Of a stretch of DNA of 64,000 nt, positions 1-10,677 are shown piece by piece. Under the pieces are notes generated by a model. It saw nothing but the letters and a program-made list of their open reading frames with translations. It searched no databases and was not told the origin of the DNA. How positions within the stretch are numbered: the stretch's first letter is position 1; each line of letters opens with the position of its first letter. A program made the position numbers and the translations under genes. Source of the DNA: Candidatus Marinacidobacterium sp. (GTDB lineage: Bacteria > Acidobacteriota > Vicinamibacteria > Marinacidobacterales > Marinacidobacteraceae); assembly GCA_965220965.1 (NCBI GenBank), contig OZ244852.1, positions 1,344,001 through 1,408,000 on the forward strand. Reading direction: 5' to 3'.

Positions 1-65
1 GGGGCCTGCTTGTCCCCACGCTCGTCGCCGTCATCGGGGTGTTGCTGAGCGCCGTCCTGGGCTGA
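1..65 (+). CDS. 3' end of a coiled-coil membrane-anchored array protein (copy 0, truncated by window edge)
   Basis: Encodes ...GLLVPTLVAVIGVLLSAVLG* (TGA 63-65), matching the C-termini of 469..915 and 1141..1566. Confidence 0.8.
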   Translation, partial: GLLVPTLVAVIGVLLSAVLG

Positions 66-203
66 GCCGCAGAGATCCAGGACGGAGCGGTAAGCTCCCT
101 GACCCGGCGTCGCGGCGACTCGCCGCATCGCGTCGGATTCCGGCTTGGCCGCCCTCAACGCGGCCGCGCCGAGCGTGCGTGCGGGCCCCCTGACGGGCCT
201 TGG

Positions 204-383
204 CAGCCCGTTGACACAGTCCCGCGGCGTTCGAGCGGCGATGCATCCCGCCCGAATCGCGCCCCTTCGGGGCGCTCATCGTTGCGTTTCGGTCGGAATA
301 TTCCCGATATTCCTCCCTCACGCGCCTTGTCGGCCGGGCGCCTCACCGCTCTCGGCGCTGCACGCGACTTTATCAACGGACTG
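204..383 (+). mobile_element. MITE copy 1 (180 bp, non-autonomous, IS5/IS1182-like ends)
   Basis: Imperfect TIRs CAGCCCGTTGACACAGT...ACTTTATCAACGGACTG flanked by TTGG (200-203) and CTAG (384-387); the equivalent spacer at 1701-1704 has a single CTAG (empty site). Confidence 0.85.
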
Positions 384-468
384 CTAGCGGACGGATCTTG
401 AACCACCGATCCGTCCGCCAAAAGGGTGGACACGAGCCCCCGGGCCCAGCGCCCGGCAAGGAGGCCTC

Positions 469-915
469 ATGGCCGCCGCCCCACCCCCCGATTCCAGCTC
501 CGGAAACGAAGCCCCTCCCGTCCGGGAACCGGAGGTCGACGCGCTTTTCCGGTGTCTGCTCCACGGCGACCGGAATCCGGTCACCGTCTACAATGCGATC
601 CAGGAGATCAAGGGAATGTCGGGAGAGGTCGTCGTCGCGCAGCTCTCGGCCCTCATCGAGACGAGATCCGCCGAAACGACCTCCCGACTGACCGAGTTGA
701 TCGAGGCGAGGTCCGCCGAGACCAACCGCAAGCTCGAGGAGACCAACCGCAAGCTCGAGGAGACCAACGGCAAGCTCGCTGAGACCAACCAGTCTCTCGC
801 TGAGACCAACGGCCGGCTTGACGCCGTCGAATCCCAGTTGAGGGCCGTCTGGGGCCTGCTTGTCCCCACGCTCGTCGCCGTCATCGGGGTGTTGCTGAGC
901 GCCGTCCTGGGCTGA
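469..915 (+). CDS. Small coiled-coil protein with C-terminal TM anchor (DUF1640/CCDC90-like architecture), array copy 1
   Basis: AGGAGG RBS; heptad repeats ETNRKLE/ETNGKLA/ETNQSLA; hydrophobic C-terminus VWGLLVPTLVAVIGVLLSAVLG. Confidence 0.8.
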   Translation: MAAAPPPDSSSGNEAPPVREPEVDALFRCLLHGDRNPVTVYNAIQEIKGMSGEVVVAQLSALIETRSAETTSRLTELIEARSAETNRKLEETNRKLEETNGKLAETNQSLAETNGRLDAVESQLRAVWGLLVPTLVAVIGVLLSAVLG

Positions 916-1140
916 GCCGCAGAGATCCAGGACGGAGCGGTAAGCTCCCTGACCCGGCGTCGCGGCGACTCGCCGCTTCGCGTCGGATTCCGGCTTGGCC
1001 GCCCTCAACGCGGCCGGCCGTAACGTGCGTGGGGGCCCGCCTGACGGGCCCCAGCGGACGGATCTTGAACCACACCGATCCGTCCGCCAAAAGGGTGGAC
1101 ACGAGCCCCCCCCGGGCCCAGCGCCCGGCAAGGAGGCCTC

Positions 1141-1566
1141 ATGGCCGCCACCCCACCCCCCGATTCCGGCTCCGGAACCGAGACTCCTCCCGTCCGGGAC
1201 CCGGAATTCCCCGCGCTTCTCCAGTGCCTGCTCCACGGCGACCGGAATCCGGTCACCGTCTACAATGCGATCCAGGAGATCAAGGCAATGTCGGGAGAGG
1301 TCGTCGTCGCGAAGCTCTCGGCCCTCATCGAGACCAGAACCGCCGAAACGACCGTGCGACTGGCTGATGCGACCTCCCGACTGACCGAGCTGATCGAGGC
1401 GAGGGCCGCCGAGACCAACGGCAAGCTCGCTGAGACCAACCAGTCTCTCGCTGAGACCAACGGCCGGCTTGACGCCGTCGAATCCCAGTTGAGGGCCGTC
1501 TGGGGCCTGCTTGTCCCCACGCTCGTCGCCGTCATCGGGGTGTTGCTGAGCGCCGTCCTGGGCTGA
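1141..1566 (+). CDS. Small coiled-coil protein with C-terminal TM anchor, array copy 2
   Basis: Paralog of 469..915 with a variant head (DPEFPALLQCLL) and fewer heptads; same RBS. Confidence 0.8.
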   Translation: MAATPPPDSGSGTETPPVRDPEFPALLQCLLHGDRNPVTVYNAIQEIKAMSGEVVVAKLSALIETRTAETTVRLADATSRLTELIEARAAETNGKLAETNQSLAETNGRLDAVESQLRAVWGLLVPTLVAVIGVLLSAVLG

Positions 1567-1787
1567 GCCGCAGAGATCCAGGACGGAGCGGTAAGCTCCC
1601 TGACCCGGCGTCGCGGCGACTCGCCGCATCGCGTCGGATTCCGGCTTGGCCGCCTCAACGCGGCCGGCCGCAGCGTGCGTGGGGGCCCGCCTGACGGGCC
1701 CTAGCGGACGGATCTTGAACCACACCGATCCGTCCGCCAAAAGGGTGGACACGAGCCCCCGGGCCCAGCGCCCGGCAAGGAGGCCTC

Positions 1788-2261
1788 ATGGCCGCCACCC
1801 CACCCCCCGATTCCGGCTCCGGAAACGAAGCCCCTCCCGTCCGGGAACCGGAGGTCGACGCGCTTTTCCGGTGTCTGCTCCACGGCGACCGGAATCCGGT
1901 CACCGTCTACAATGCGATCCAGGAGATCAAGGGAATGTCGGGAGAGGTCGTCGTCGCCAAGCTTTCGGCCCTCATCGAGACGAGAACCGCCGAAACGACC
2001 GTGCGACTGACGGGGCTCATCGAGACGAGAGCCGCCGAGACGACCTCGCGGCTGACCGAGCTCATCGAGGCCCGATCCGCCGAGGCGACCTCCCGACTGG
2101 CTGACGCGACCACCCGACTGACCCAGTTGATCGAGGCGAGGTCCGCCGAGAACAGGGGCCGACTCAGAGCGGTCGAAGGCCAGTTGAGGGCCATATGGGG
2201 CCTGCTCATCTCCCAGGTCATCGCCCTCGTCGGGGTTGCGCTGACGGTCATGCTGCGCTGA
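1788..2261 (+). CDS. Small coiled-coil protein with C-terminal TM anchor, array copy 3
   Basis: Head nearly identical to copy 1; extra 15-residue LIETRxAETTxRLTx repeats; divergent anchor IWGLLISQVIALVGVALTVMLR. Confidence 0.8.
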   Translation: MAATPPPDSGSGNEAPPVREPEVDALFRCLLHGDRNPVTVYNAIQEIKGMSGEVVVAKLSALIETRTAETTVRLTGLIETRAAETTSRLTELIEARSAEATSRLADATTRLTQLIEARSAENRGRLRAVEGQLRAIWGLLISQVIALVGVALTVMLR

Positions 2262-2392
2262 GCGTCAGCGCGTCGGCCCGGAGAAGACAACCCCCACCGG
2301 GGCGCCGCTGAAGACGCGCGCCCGGGCCGTTCCCGGGCGGCGCGAAGGGCGGCTCAAGAGCCGCCCGGTCAGCCGACCGGGGCTCCGTACCG

Positions 2393-4051
2393 TTACCGCT
2401 TCGTGGGCTTCGGGAAGTCGTGGTCGGCGTTGTCCTCGAGGAAGAGCGGCATCGGCGGCGGCGGCAGCCCCTTCTCGGCGCGCGCCTGCCGGACGGTCTC
2501 CCGCACATCGCTCAGCAGCTTGCGGGAGTCATAGACGATGCCGTCCTTGACGACGTACTTGATCGACCCGATGCGCTCGGTGCGGCCGGTCTCGTGGTTC
2601 AGCCGGATCGTGCCCGAGCCGTAGAGCACCTTGAGGTTCTGGAGTGGGTTCTCCTCGAGGATCACGAAGTCGGCGATCTTCTCTTCCTCCACGCTCCCGT
2701 ACTGCTCGTCGATGCCCAGGAGTTCGGCTCCGTTCAGGGTTGCGGACTTGACAACCTCGAGCGGGTGGAAGCCGGCCTCCTGGAACAGCTCCAGTTCCTG
2801 CACGAACCCGAATCCGTAGAGATTGAAGGTGTAGCCGGAGTCGCTTCCCACCGCGACCCGGCCGCCGCGGTTTTTGAACTCGTTCACGAAGGCCATCCAG
2901 AGCCGGTAGTTCTCCTTCCAGTTCAGCTCGACCTGCGTCGTCCAGTCGAAGAAGTAGGAGGCGTGGTTCTCGGCGTTCGGGCGGTAGAACTCCCACAGGT
3001 TGGGGTGGGTGTAGACCGAGTGCCACTCGTTGCGCTGCTGGCGCATCAGGTCGCGGGTCCCGATGTAGGCGACCCAGGTCGGATGGATCGAGAAGTCGAG
3101 CTCGAGCAGCTCCTCCATGACCGCGTTCCAGTGATCCGAGAACGGCGGCGCCGCCTGCGCCCACAGACGACCGGCTTCGGTGAAGCGGTCGTACTCGTTC
3201 ATGTAGTTGTAGTCGACCGGGTAGTGCTGGATGACGCGATCGGTGAAGAGCGCTTCGGGCAGGCCGTACCAGTGCGTCATCGAGGTGAGCCCGGCGCGGG
3301 CGGTGTCGAGGGCGTTCATCCCCACCACGTCGAGCTGGGCGTGGTGCGTGGTGGAGCGCAGGCCCACCTTCGCCGCCTCGTCAAGCGCGGCGCGGAAGAT
3401 GCGCGGCTGGGCGCCGAAGAACTTGATCCCCTCCGCTCCCTGCTCCTTCACCCACCGAACCCAGCGGCGGGCCGCCTCCGGATTCGTGACCGGCTCCTCG
3501 CCGTCACGTCCGAAAACGACATAGGCGTGGAAGCGGGGCGCGGTGATCTCGTTGTCCCAGGAGCGCTGCTTGTGGTGGAGCAGCCACCGGGTGTTGAAGT
3601 TCCCGACATCGGCGCCGGTGGTGATCCCGTGAGCCAGCCAGAGCTTGTGGATGTACTCGGTCGGGACGCCCTGCCCCTCCCCCTCGTTGTGCTGGTGGAG
3701 GTGCATGTCGATGAACCCCGGCAGCAGGTAGTGCCCGGAGAGGTCCATCTCCTCGTCGCCGGGCTGCGCCGGCGGACGGTCCTCTTCGTGGATCGGAGTG
3801 ACCGGCGTGCCGACCACGTGGATCGCCCGGATGACGTTCCCCTCCACGATGATGTCCGCCGGTCCGTACGGCGGGGCTCCGGTCCCGTCGATCACCGTGA
3901 CGCCGCGCAGGATGAGCCGGTCGAACGGCCCCTCGCCATCGGTCCGGTCCGGCACCAGGAAGGGGATGGGCTCCTGGGCCAGTCCGGGCGCGACCGACGC
4001 CAGCAGGAGCGCCGCCAGCAGCGCCACCAGGATCTTCGTCTTTCGGTTCAT
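2393..4051 (-). CDS. Exported metal-dependent amidohydrolase
   Basis: Signal peptide; LPGFIDMHLH metal motif; GSDSG; ATLNGAELLG...ADFVIL C-terminal motif. Confidence 0.85.
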   Translation of the reverse strand: MNRKTKILVALLAALLLASVAPGLAQEPIPFLVPDRTDGEGPFDRLILRGVTVIDGTGAPPYGPADIIVEGNVIRAIHVVGTPVTPIHEEDRPPAQPGDEEMDLSGHYLLPGFIDMHLHQHNEGEGQGVPTEYIHKLWLAHGITTGADVGNFNTRWLLHHKQRSWDNEITAPRFHAYVVFGRDGEEPVTNPEAARRWVRWVKEQGAEGIKFFGAQPRIFRAALDEAAKVGLRSTTHHAQLDVVGMNALDTARAGLTSMTHWYGLPEALFTDRVIQHYPVDYNYMNEYDRFTEAGRLWAQAAPPFSDHWNAVMEELLELDFSIHPTWVAYIGTRDLMRQQRNEWHSVYTHPNLWEFYRPNAENHASYFFDWTTQVELNWKENYRLWMAFVNEFKNRGGRVAVGSDSGYTFNLYGFGFVQELELFQEAGFHPLEVVKSATLNGAELLGIDEQYGSVEEEKIADFVILEENPLQNLKVLYGSGTIRLNHETGRTERIGSIKYVVKDGIVYDSRKLLSDVRETVRQARAEKGLPPPPMPLFLEDNADHDFPKPTKR

Positions 4052-4124
4052 TGAGTCCTCCGAAGCCGGTCAGTATCCCACAGCGCGGCGACGCCGCCGA
4101 TGCGCGCCGCCTCCCGTGGCGCGC

Positions 4125-4913
4125 TCAGGCGGAGAGGCGGTCCAGCCGGAGGCGATGGCGTTCGTCGAACAGTCTCCGGGCGGTGATCCGGACCGCCGCG
4201 AGCACCCCGAAACCGGTCCCGGCGGCGATCAGCAGCAGGATCATGATCTGGTAGCGGACGGCCTCCCCCACCGGGGCCCCCGCGAGGATCTGACCGGTCA
4301 TCATGCCCGGCAGGCTGACGACCCCGGCGGCCGCCATCGCGTTGAAGATCGGGATGAGCCCGGCCCGGGCGCTCTCCCGCGCGAACCCGGAAATGGCGTC
4401 CTCCCACGTCTCGCCAAGAGCCAGCCGCTGTTCGATGATCTCGCGGCCCGCCACCACCGAGCCGGTCAGCCGCTCCGCGCCGAGGGCCACTCCGTTCATC
4501 GTGTTCCCGAGGAGCATCCCCAGCAGGGGGATCGCGAAGCGGGGCGTCCACCAGGGATCCGGGCCCAGCACCGCAACCAGCGCGAAGGCGGTGCACAGGA
4601 ACGACGAGAGAAACATCGCGGTCCCGGAGGCGAGGTAGCCGGAGCGGCCCGCGAGCGGGCGCGCCTGCCGCCGCCGCACCTCGCGGGCCGCCACCAGCAG
4701 CATCACGAGCGCCATGCCGGCGACGACCGCCGGGTGGGTCGACCCGATAACGAAGCGCAGCACCAGTCCCAGCAACAGCAACTGAGCCGAAGCGCGAACC
4801 GCGAGCCACAGCAACTGACGCGACACGCCCAGCCGGACCGCCCAGGCCGCGATCGCGAGCGCAACAACCGCCAGGAACGAGAGGACGAGATCGGTCGTCG
4901 AGAGCGGGATCAT
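4125..4913 (-). CDS. fetB: ABC transporter permease, FetB/YbbM (UPF0014) family
   Basis: IPLLGMLLGNTMNG and GVVSLPGMMTGQILAG motifs; ATG at 4913 overlaps the fetA stop (ATGA). Confidence 0.85.
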   Translation of the reverse strand: MIPLSTTDLVLSFLAVVALAIAAWAVRLGVSRQLLWLAVRASAQLLLLGLVLRFVIGSTHPAVVAGMALVMLLVAAREVRRRQARPLAGRSGYLASGTAMFLSSFLCTAFALVAVLGPDPWWTPRFAIPLLGMLLGNTMNGVALGAERLTGSVVAGREIIEQRLALGETWEDAISGFARESARAGLIPIFNAMAAAGVVSLPGMMTGQILAGAPVGEAVRYQIMILLLIAAGTGFGVLAAVRITARRLFDERHRLRLDRLSA

Positions 4914-5530
4914 CCGGCCTCTCCCTCGCTCCCGGAGCCGATGCGGCCGGAGGGCAGCCGCAGGGTCCGATCGGCGAGCGCCAGTTCCTCGTCGAGGTGG
5001 GTGACCCACAAAGCGGCCGCCGGCCGCTCGCCGACGTAGCGGGTCAGCCGGTCCACGACCCGCTCGCGGCTCCGCCGGTCCAGATTCGCGGTCGGCTCAT
5101 CGAGGAGCAGGACCCGGGGGCGGCGGGCAAGGAGGCGCAACACCGCCACCCGGGCCCGCTCGCCGGTCGAGAGCCGCGCCGGGTCGGCGTCGGCGAGCTC
5201 GGGGTCCAGCCCGAGGCGGTCGAACTCCGCCTCGACTCCGCCCACATCGGAAGGGAAGTGCCCCCGCACGGTGGCCGCCCAGAAGCGAGGCTCGGCCGGG
5301 AGCAGCCCCACCCGGCGCCTCCAGCGCGGCGCGGGGATCGCAGCGCGATCCACGCCCTCCCACGCGACGTCGCCCGGAGTGTGGTCGAGGTCGGCGAGCG
5401 CGCGCAGGAGACGGGTCTTCCCCGAGCCGGAGGCGCCCGACACGGTCAGGATCCGGCCCGGGGCGACATCGAAGGCGAGCGGAGACACCCCGGGGAGCCG
5501 AAGATCGCGAACCCGAAACACGAACGGCAT
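4910..5530 (-). CDS. fetA: ABC transporter ATP-binding protein, FetA/YbbL-like
   Basis: Walker A GASGSGKT, signature LSTGE, Walker B LLLDEPT; coupled to fetB. Confidence 0.8.
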   Translation of the reverse strand: MPFVFRVRDLRLPGVSPLAFDVAPGRILTVSGASGSGKTRLLRALADLDHTPGDVAWEGVDRAAIPAPRWRRRVGLLPAEPRFWAATVRGHFPSDVGGVEAEFDRLGLDPELADADPARLSTGERARVAVLRLLARRPRVLLLDEPTANLDRRSRERVVDRLTRYVGERPAAALWVTHLDEELALADRTLRLPSGRIGSGSEGEAG

Positions 5531-5646
5531 TGTGCCGCGCGCTGGCGCGAAGATCGTTGTATCGTTTCGAAATCATTGACCGGTGGGGCGGTGGGGTTCC
5601 GGCGTCCCGCCCGGCGGCAATCCGGAACAGCCAGGTTTCGACTCCC

Positions 5647-6561
5647 ATGGCCGAAACGCCGTCCGCCATCCCGTCCCGGCCGCCGCCGCTCTACCGATGC
5701 ATCGGCGCCGGCGTGCTCGCCGGCCTCGCAAGCCTGGTCCCCGGGGTGAGCGCCGGGACGATGATCCTGGCCGCCGGCGTCTATCCGGCGCTCGTCGCCG
5801 CGGTCGCCGAAATGTCGGCCGGGCGGTTCCGGCGCAGTTCGCTCCGGCTCCTCGCGGTCGTCGTGCTCTCGGCGGTGGCGGCCATCGTCTTCGTCGCGGG
5901 AGCGGCGCGGGACGCGGTCCTCGCCTGGCCCAGCCAGTTCCTCGCGCTGTTCCTCGGCCTGACCCTGGGCGGCGCGCCCATGCTGTGGCGGATGACCGAG
6001 CAGCGACGCCCGAGGTTCTGGGTGGCGGTCGCCGCCGGAATCTCCCTGGTCGTGATCCCGGTGCTGATCGTGGGGCCCGCCGGCGCGGGAGCGGGCGGGC
6101 TGGAGGCGAGCCGCCCGGCGTTCTTCGGGGCCGGCGCCATCGCCGCGTTCACGATGGTGCTTCCCGGGGTGAGCGGGGCAACCCTGCTCGTGATGATCGG
6201 CATGTACCTCCCCTACCTCGACGCCATGGACCGGCTCCGGACGGCGCTCGGCGCGGGCGGGATGGACGGAGGCGCCCTCTGGAGCGCGGTCAGCTATGTG
6301 CTGCCTTTCGTGCTCGGGAGCGTGCTCGGCATCGTGGTCGCCGCGCGGCTCGTTCGCTACCTGCTGAGGCGCTTCCCCCAGTGGACGGTGGGGGCTCTTC
6401 TCGGCCTCCTGCTCGGGGCCACCGCCGGGCTCTGGCCCTTCCAGACGGCTGCGGGCGAACTGTTCACACCCACGGTGACCCAGGCCGCCTCCTGCCTGGT
6501 GGCGCTGGGCGTCGGAGCTCTGCTCACGACGCTGCTCGGGCGGAAGCGGACGCCAGGCTGA
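5647..6561 (+). CDS. DUF368 family membrane protein (putative undecaprenyl-phosphate translocase)
   Basis: Duplicated VPGVSAGT / LPGVSGAT motifs in a polytopic membrane protein. Confidence 0.85.
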   Translation: MAETPSAIPSRPPPLYRCIGAGVLAGLASLVPGVSAGTMILAAGVYPALVAAVAEMSAGRFRRSSLRLLAVVVLSAVAAIVFVAGAARDAVLAWPSQFLALFLGLTLGGAPMLWRMTEQRRPRFWVAVAAGISLVVIPVLIVGPAGAGAGGLEASRPAFFGAGAIAAFTMVLPGVSGATLLVMIGMYLPYLDAMDRLRTALGAGGMDGGALWSAVSYVLPFVLGSVLGIVVAARLVRYLLRRFPQWTVGALLGLLLGATAGLWPFQTAAGELFTPTVTQAASCLVALGVGALLTTLLGRKRTPG

Positions 6562-6603
6562 GAGCCCGCCGACCGGACCCATAGTCAACCTACCATTCCG
6601 GCT

Positions 6604-8099
<1,496 letters not shown>

Positions 8100-8100
<1 letters not shown>

Positions 8101-9281
8101 TGAGCGCGGCGACCGGCGACCCGAACCCGGCGGACCATCCGTCGCCGGATTCTCCGCCGGAGCCCGCCACGCGAAAGACGCCGGACCCTCGCGGAGCGGC
8201 GCTCACCATCCTCTCGTGGGCGGTCGTGGCGGCGGCGGCGGGCGGAGCGGGATGGGTTCTCTACCGGTTCGTCACCGCGTTCTCGCATGTGCTGCTGCCG
8301 CTCGCGGTGGGGGCGCTGGGGGCGCTCGTCCTGAGGCCGTGGTTCCGGGCGTTCCACACCCGGCTGCGGCTTCCCGCCTGGGCGGCGCTGACTGCGGTGT
8401 TCCTGTCCGTCCTCCTCGCGCTGACCGTGTTCGGCGTCGTGTTCGGTCGCCGGATCGCCACCCAGACGGTCGAGCTCGCCGCCGCTCTCCCGGCGCTGAT
8501 GGAACAGATCCGCGCTTTCGCGCTCGCCACGACGCCCGCCGTCATCGAGTTCCTCGAGACCCACCCAATCGGGCGGCAACTCCGGGAGTTCGCGCTGGCC
8601 CACCAGGCCGAGCTGTTCCAGGGACTGACGCTGGTGGGAGAGGGCGCCTACGCCGCCAGCGCCGGGATCCTGCGGGGGGTGGGCGGCCTGCTGTCGTGGG
8701 CGGTGCTGCCGCTCTACTTCGGGTACTTCCTGGTCAGCGATCCGCCCCGGGTGGACCCCGACCGCGCGCTTCCCTTCCTGAGCCCCCACACCCGGGAGAC
8801 GGTGACCCAGCTCACCCGGCGGTTCATCGCGATCCTGACGGTGTTCTTCCGGGCGCAGCTTCTGGTGGCGCTGCTCCAGGGGATCCTGATCGCCATCGGG
8901 TTCACCGCGATCGGGCTGCAGTACGGTTTTCTGCTGGGGCTCTCCCTCGGAGTGCTGACCGTGATCCCCTATCTCGGGACCGGAGTCGGATTCCTGATCG
9001 CCGTTCCGCTGGGCTGGATGCAGCCGGACGGCGGCCTCGCGCTGGCCGCGATGGCCGCCGGAGTCCTGGTCGTCGTCCAGCTCATCGAGGGCTGGGTTCT
9101 CACCCCCCGGATCATGGGCAAGGAGACCGGGCTCCACTGGATGGCGATCATCGTGGCGGTCCTGTTCTGGTCCACGGCCCTCAGCGGCCTGACCGGAACG
9201 ATCCTCGCGATCCCGCTGACCGCCTTCGCGGCCTCGGCGTGGCGGGTGTTCCGCGAGCGCTACCTCCTCGAGCTCCTCTGA
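8100..9281 (+). CDS. AI-2E family transporter
   Basis: IPYLG and QLIEGWVLTPRIMG...GLH motifs; ATG overlaps the ahcY stop. Confidence 0.85.
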
Positions 9282-9296
9282 GGGACTCGAGGCGGC

Positions 9297-10649
9297 CTAA
9301 TCCAGAACTTCGCGAAGCGCTCCGGCGAGCGCGTCGGCGATCTGCGCCAGATCGGCCTCGGTGGAGACGACCGGCGGGGCGCAGACGAACACGTCGCCCC
9401 GCACCCGACTGAAGACGCCGCGGGCGTCGACCGCCGCGAGAACGCGCGGACCGACCTTGGCGGAGGCCGGGAACTCCTTCCTGGCGGCGCGATCCTCGAC
9501 GATCTCGACCGCGGCCATCAGGCCCTTCCCGCGGACTTCGCCGACGTGCGGGTGGTCGCCGACCGCATCGCGCAGGTTCCGCTGAAGGATCTCTCCCTTC
9601 CGGGCCGCCATTTCGACCAGACCTTCGTTCCGGATGATGTCGAGGTTCGCGAGCGCCACCGCGCAGGCGACCGGGTGCGCGCTGTAGGTGTAGGCGTGCA
9701 TCCACACCGGGCCCGCTTCGTCGAGCGTCCCGGCGATCCGGTCGGAGAGGCCGATCCCGCCAAGGGGGATGTGCCCCGACGTGATCGCCTTGGCGAACTG
9801 CATGATGTCCGGCTCGATCCCCCAGTGCTCCAGACCGAAGGCGGTTCCGGTCCGGCCGAACCCGGTGATGACCTCGTCGGAGACGAGGAGGACCTCGTAG
9901 CGGTCGCAGATCTCGCGGATCCGGGGGAAGTAATCGTCCGTGGGGACGATGACGCCGCCCGCGCCCTGGACCGGTTCGGCGATGAACATCGCGACGGTCT
10001 CGGGGCCCTCGGCGAGGATCGCGGCCTCGAGCTCGTCCGCCGCGGCTTCGCCCTTGGTCTTGCCGGCCGGCGGATCGTAGTAGTACGGATAGGGGGAGCT
10101 GATGTGGCTGAATCCGGGCACGCGGGGCTCGAACATGGGCCAGTAGGTGTCGATCCCGGTGGCGGACATGGCCGCGAGCGTGACGCCGTGATAACCCCAG
10201 ACACGCGAGATGACCTTCGTCTTCTCCGGCTTGCCACGCACCTTCCAGTAGAACCGGGCGGTCTTGATGCTGGAATCCGTCGACTCCCCGCCCCCGGAGG
10301 TGAGGAAGAACCGGTTGATCGACGGGTAGGCCATGTCGGCAAGCCGTTCGGCGAGCGCGATGGCCTGCGGGTTCGAGCTTCCCGCGTAGCCGGAGGCGTA
10401 CCCGAGCTCGCGCATCTGCGATGCGGCGGCCTCGGCGAGTTCGACGCGCCCGTGCCCGATGAAGACGTTCCACAGACCCGAGAGCGCGTCCACGTAGTCC
10501 CGCCCATCGGCGTCGTAGAGCCGGGCGCCGGCGCCGCGGACCCACACGTGGCCTCCCGCTACCGCGGCGGGGCTGTGGATGGGGTGGATGAGGTGCTCGG
10601 CGTCGCGGGCGAGGAGCGCCTGCTTCCCGTTCACTGCAACGGCGGCCAT
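9297..10649 (-). CDS. Class III PLP-dependent aminotransferase (omega-amino acid/taurine type)
   Basis: YHGVT, AEPVQGAGG, DEVITGFGRTG and AKAITSG (PLP lysine) motifs. Confidence 0.9.
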   Translation of the reverse strand: MAAVAVNGKQALLARDAEHLIHPIHSPAAVAGGHVWVRGAGARLYDADGRDYVDALSGLWNVFIGHGRVELAEAAASQMRELGYASGYAGSSNPQAIALAERLADMAYPSINRFFLTSGGGESTDSSIKTARFYWKVRGKPEKTKVISRVWGYHGVTLAAMSATGIDTYWPMFEPRVPGFSHISSPYPYYYDPPAGKTKGEAAADELEAAILAEGPETVAMFIAEPVQGAGGVIVPTDDYFPRIREICDRYEVLLVSDEVITGFGRTGTAFGLEHWGIEPDIMQFAKAITSGHIPLGGIGLSDRIAGTLDEAGPVWMHAYTYSAHPVACAVALANLDIIRNEGLVEMAARKGEILQRNLRDAVGDHPHVGEVRGKGLMAAVEIVEDRAARKEFPASAKVGPRVLAAVDARGVFSRVRGDVFVCAPPVVSTEADLAQIADALAGALREVLD

Positions 10650-10677
10650 CTTTTCTCCTTCGATGAATGGTTCCAGG

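Larger units (their letters stand above)
1..2261 (+). repeat. Tandem array of ~650-670-bp units (small gene plus conserved structured spacer), at least 4 gene copies
   Basis: Near-identical spacers at 66-468 (MITE-interrupted), 916-1140 and 1567-1787; paralogous ORFs each preceded by CAAGGAGGCCTC-ATG. Confidence 0.95.

Noticed and set aside
373-1752. 459-aa minus-strand ORF and other antisense ORFs over the array
   Set aside because: Shadows of the plus-strand repeat genes, which have RBSs and coherent protein architecture
1-2261. CRISPR array or integron cassette array
   Set aside because: Units are ~650 bp and contain paralogous genes rather than unique spacers; no attC-type RYYYAAC/GTTRRRY pair, cas gene or integrase is seen
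6562-6603. SAH riboswitch upstream of ahcY
   Set aside because: Only 42 nt intergenic, and the gene looks leaderless
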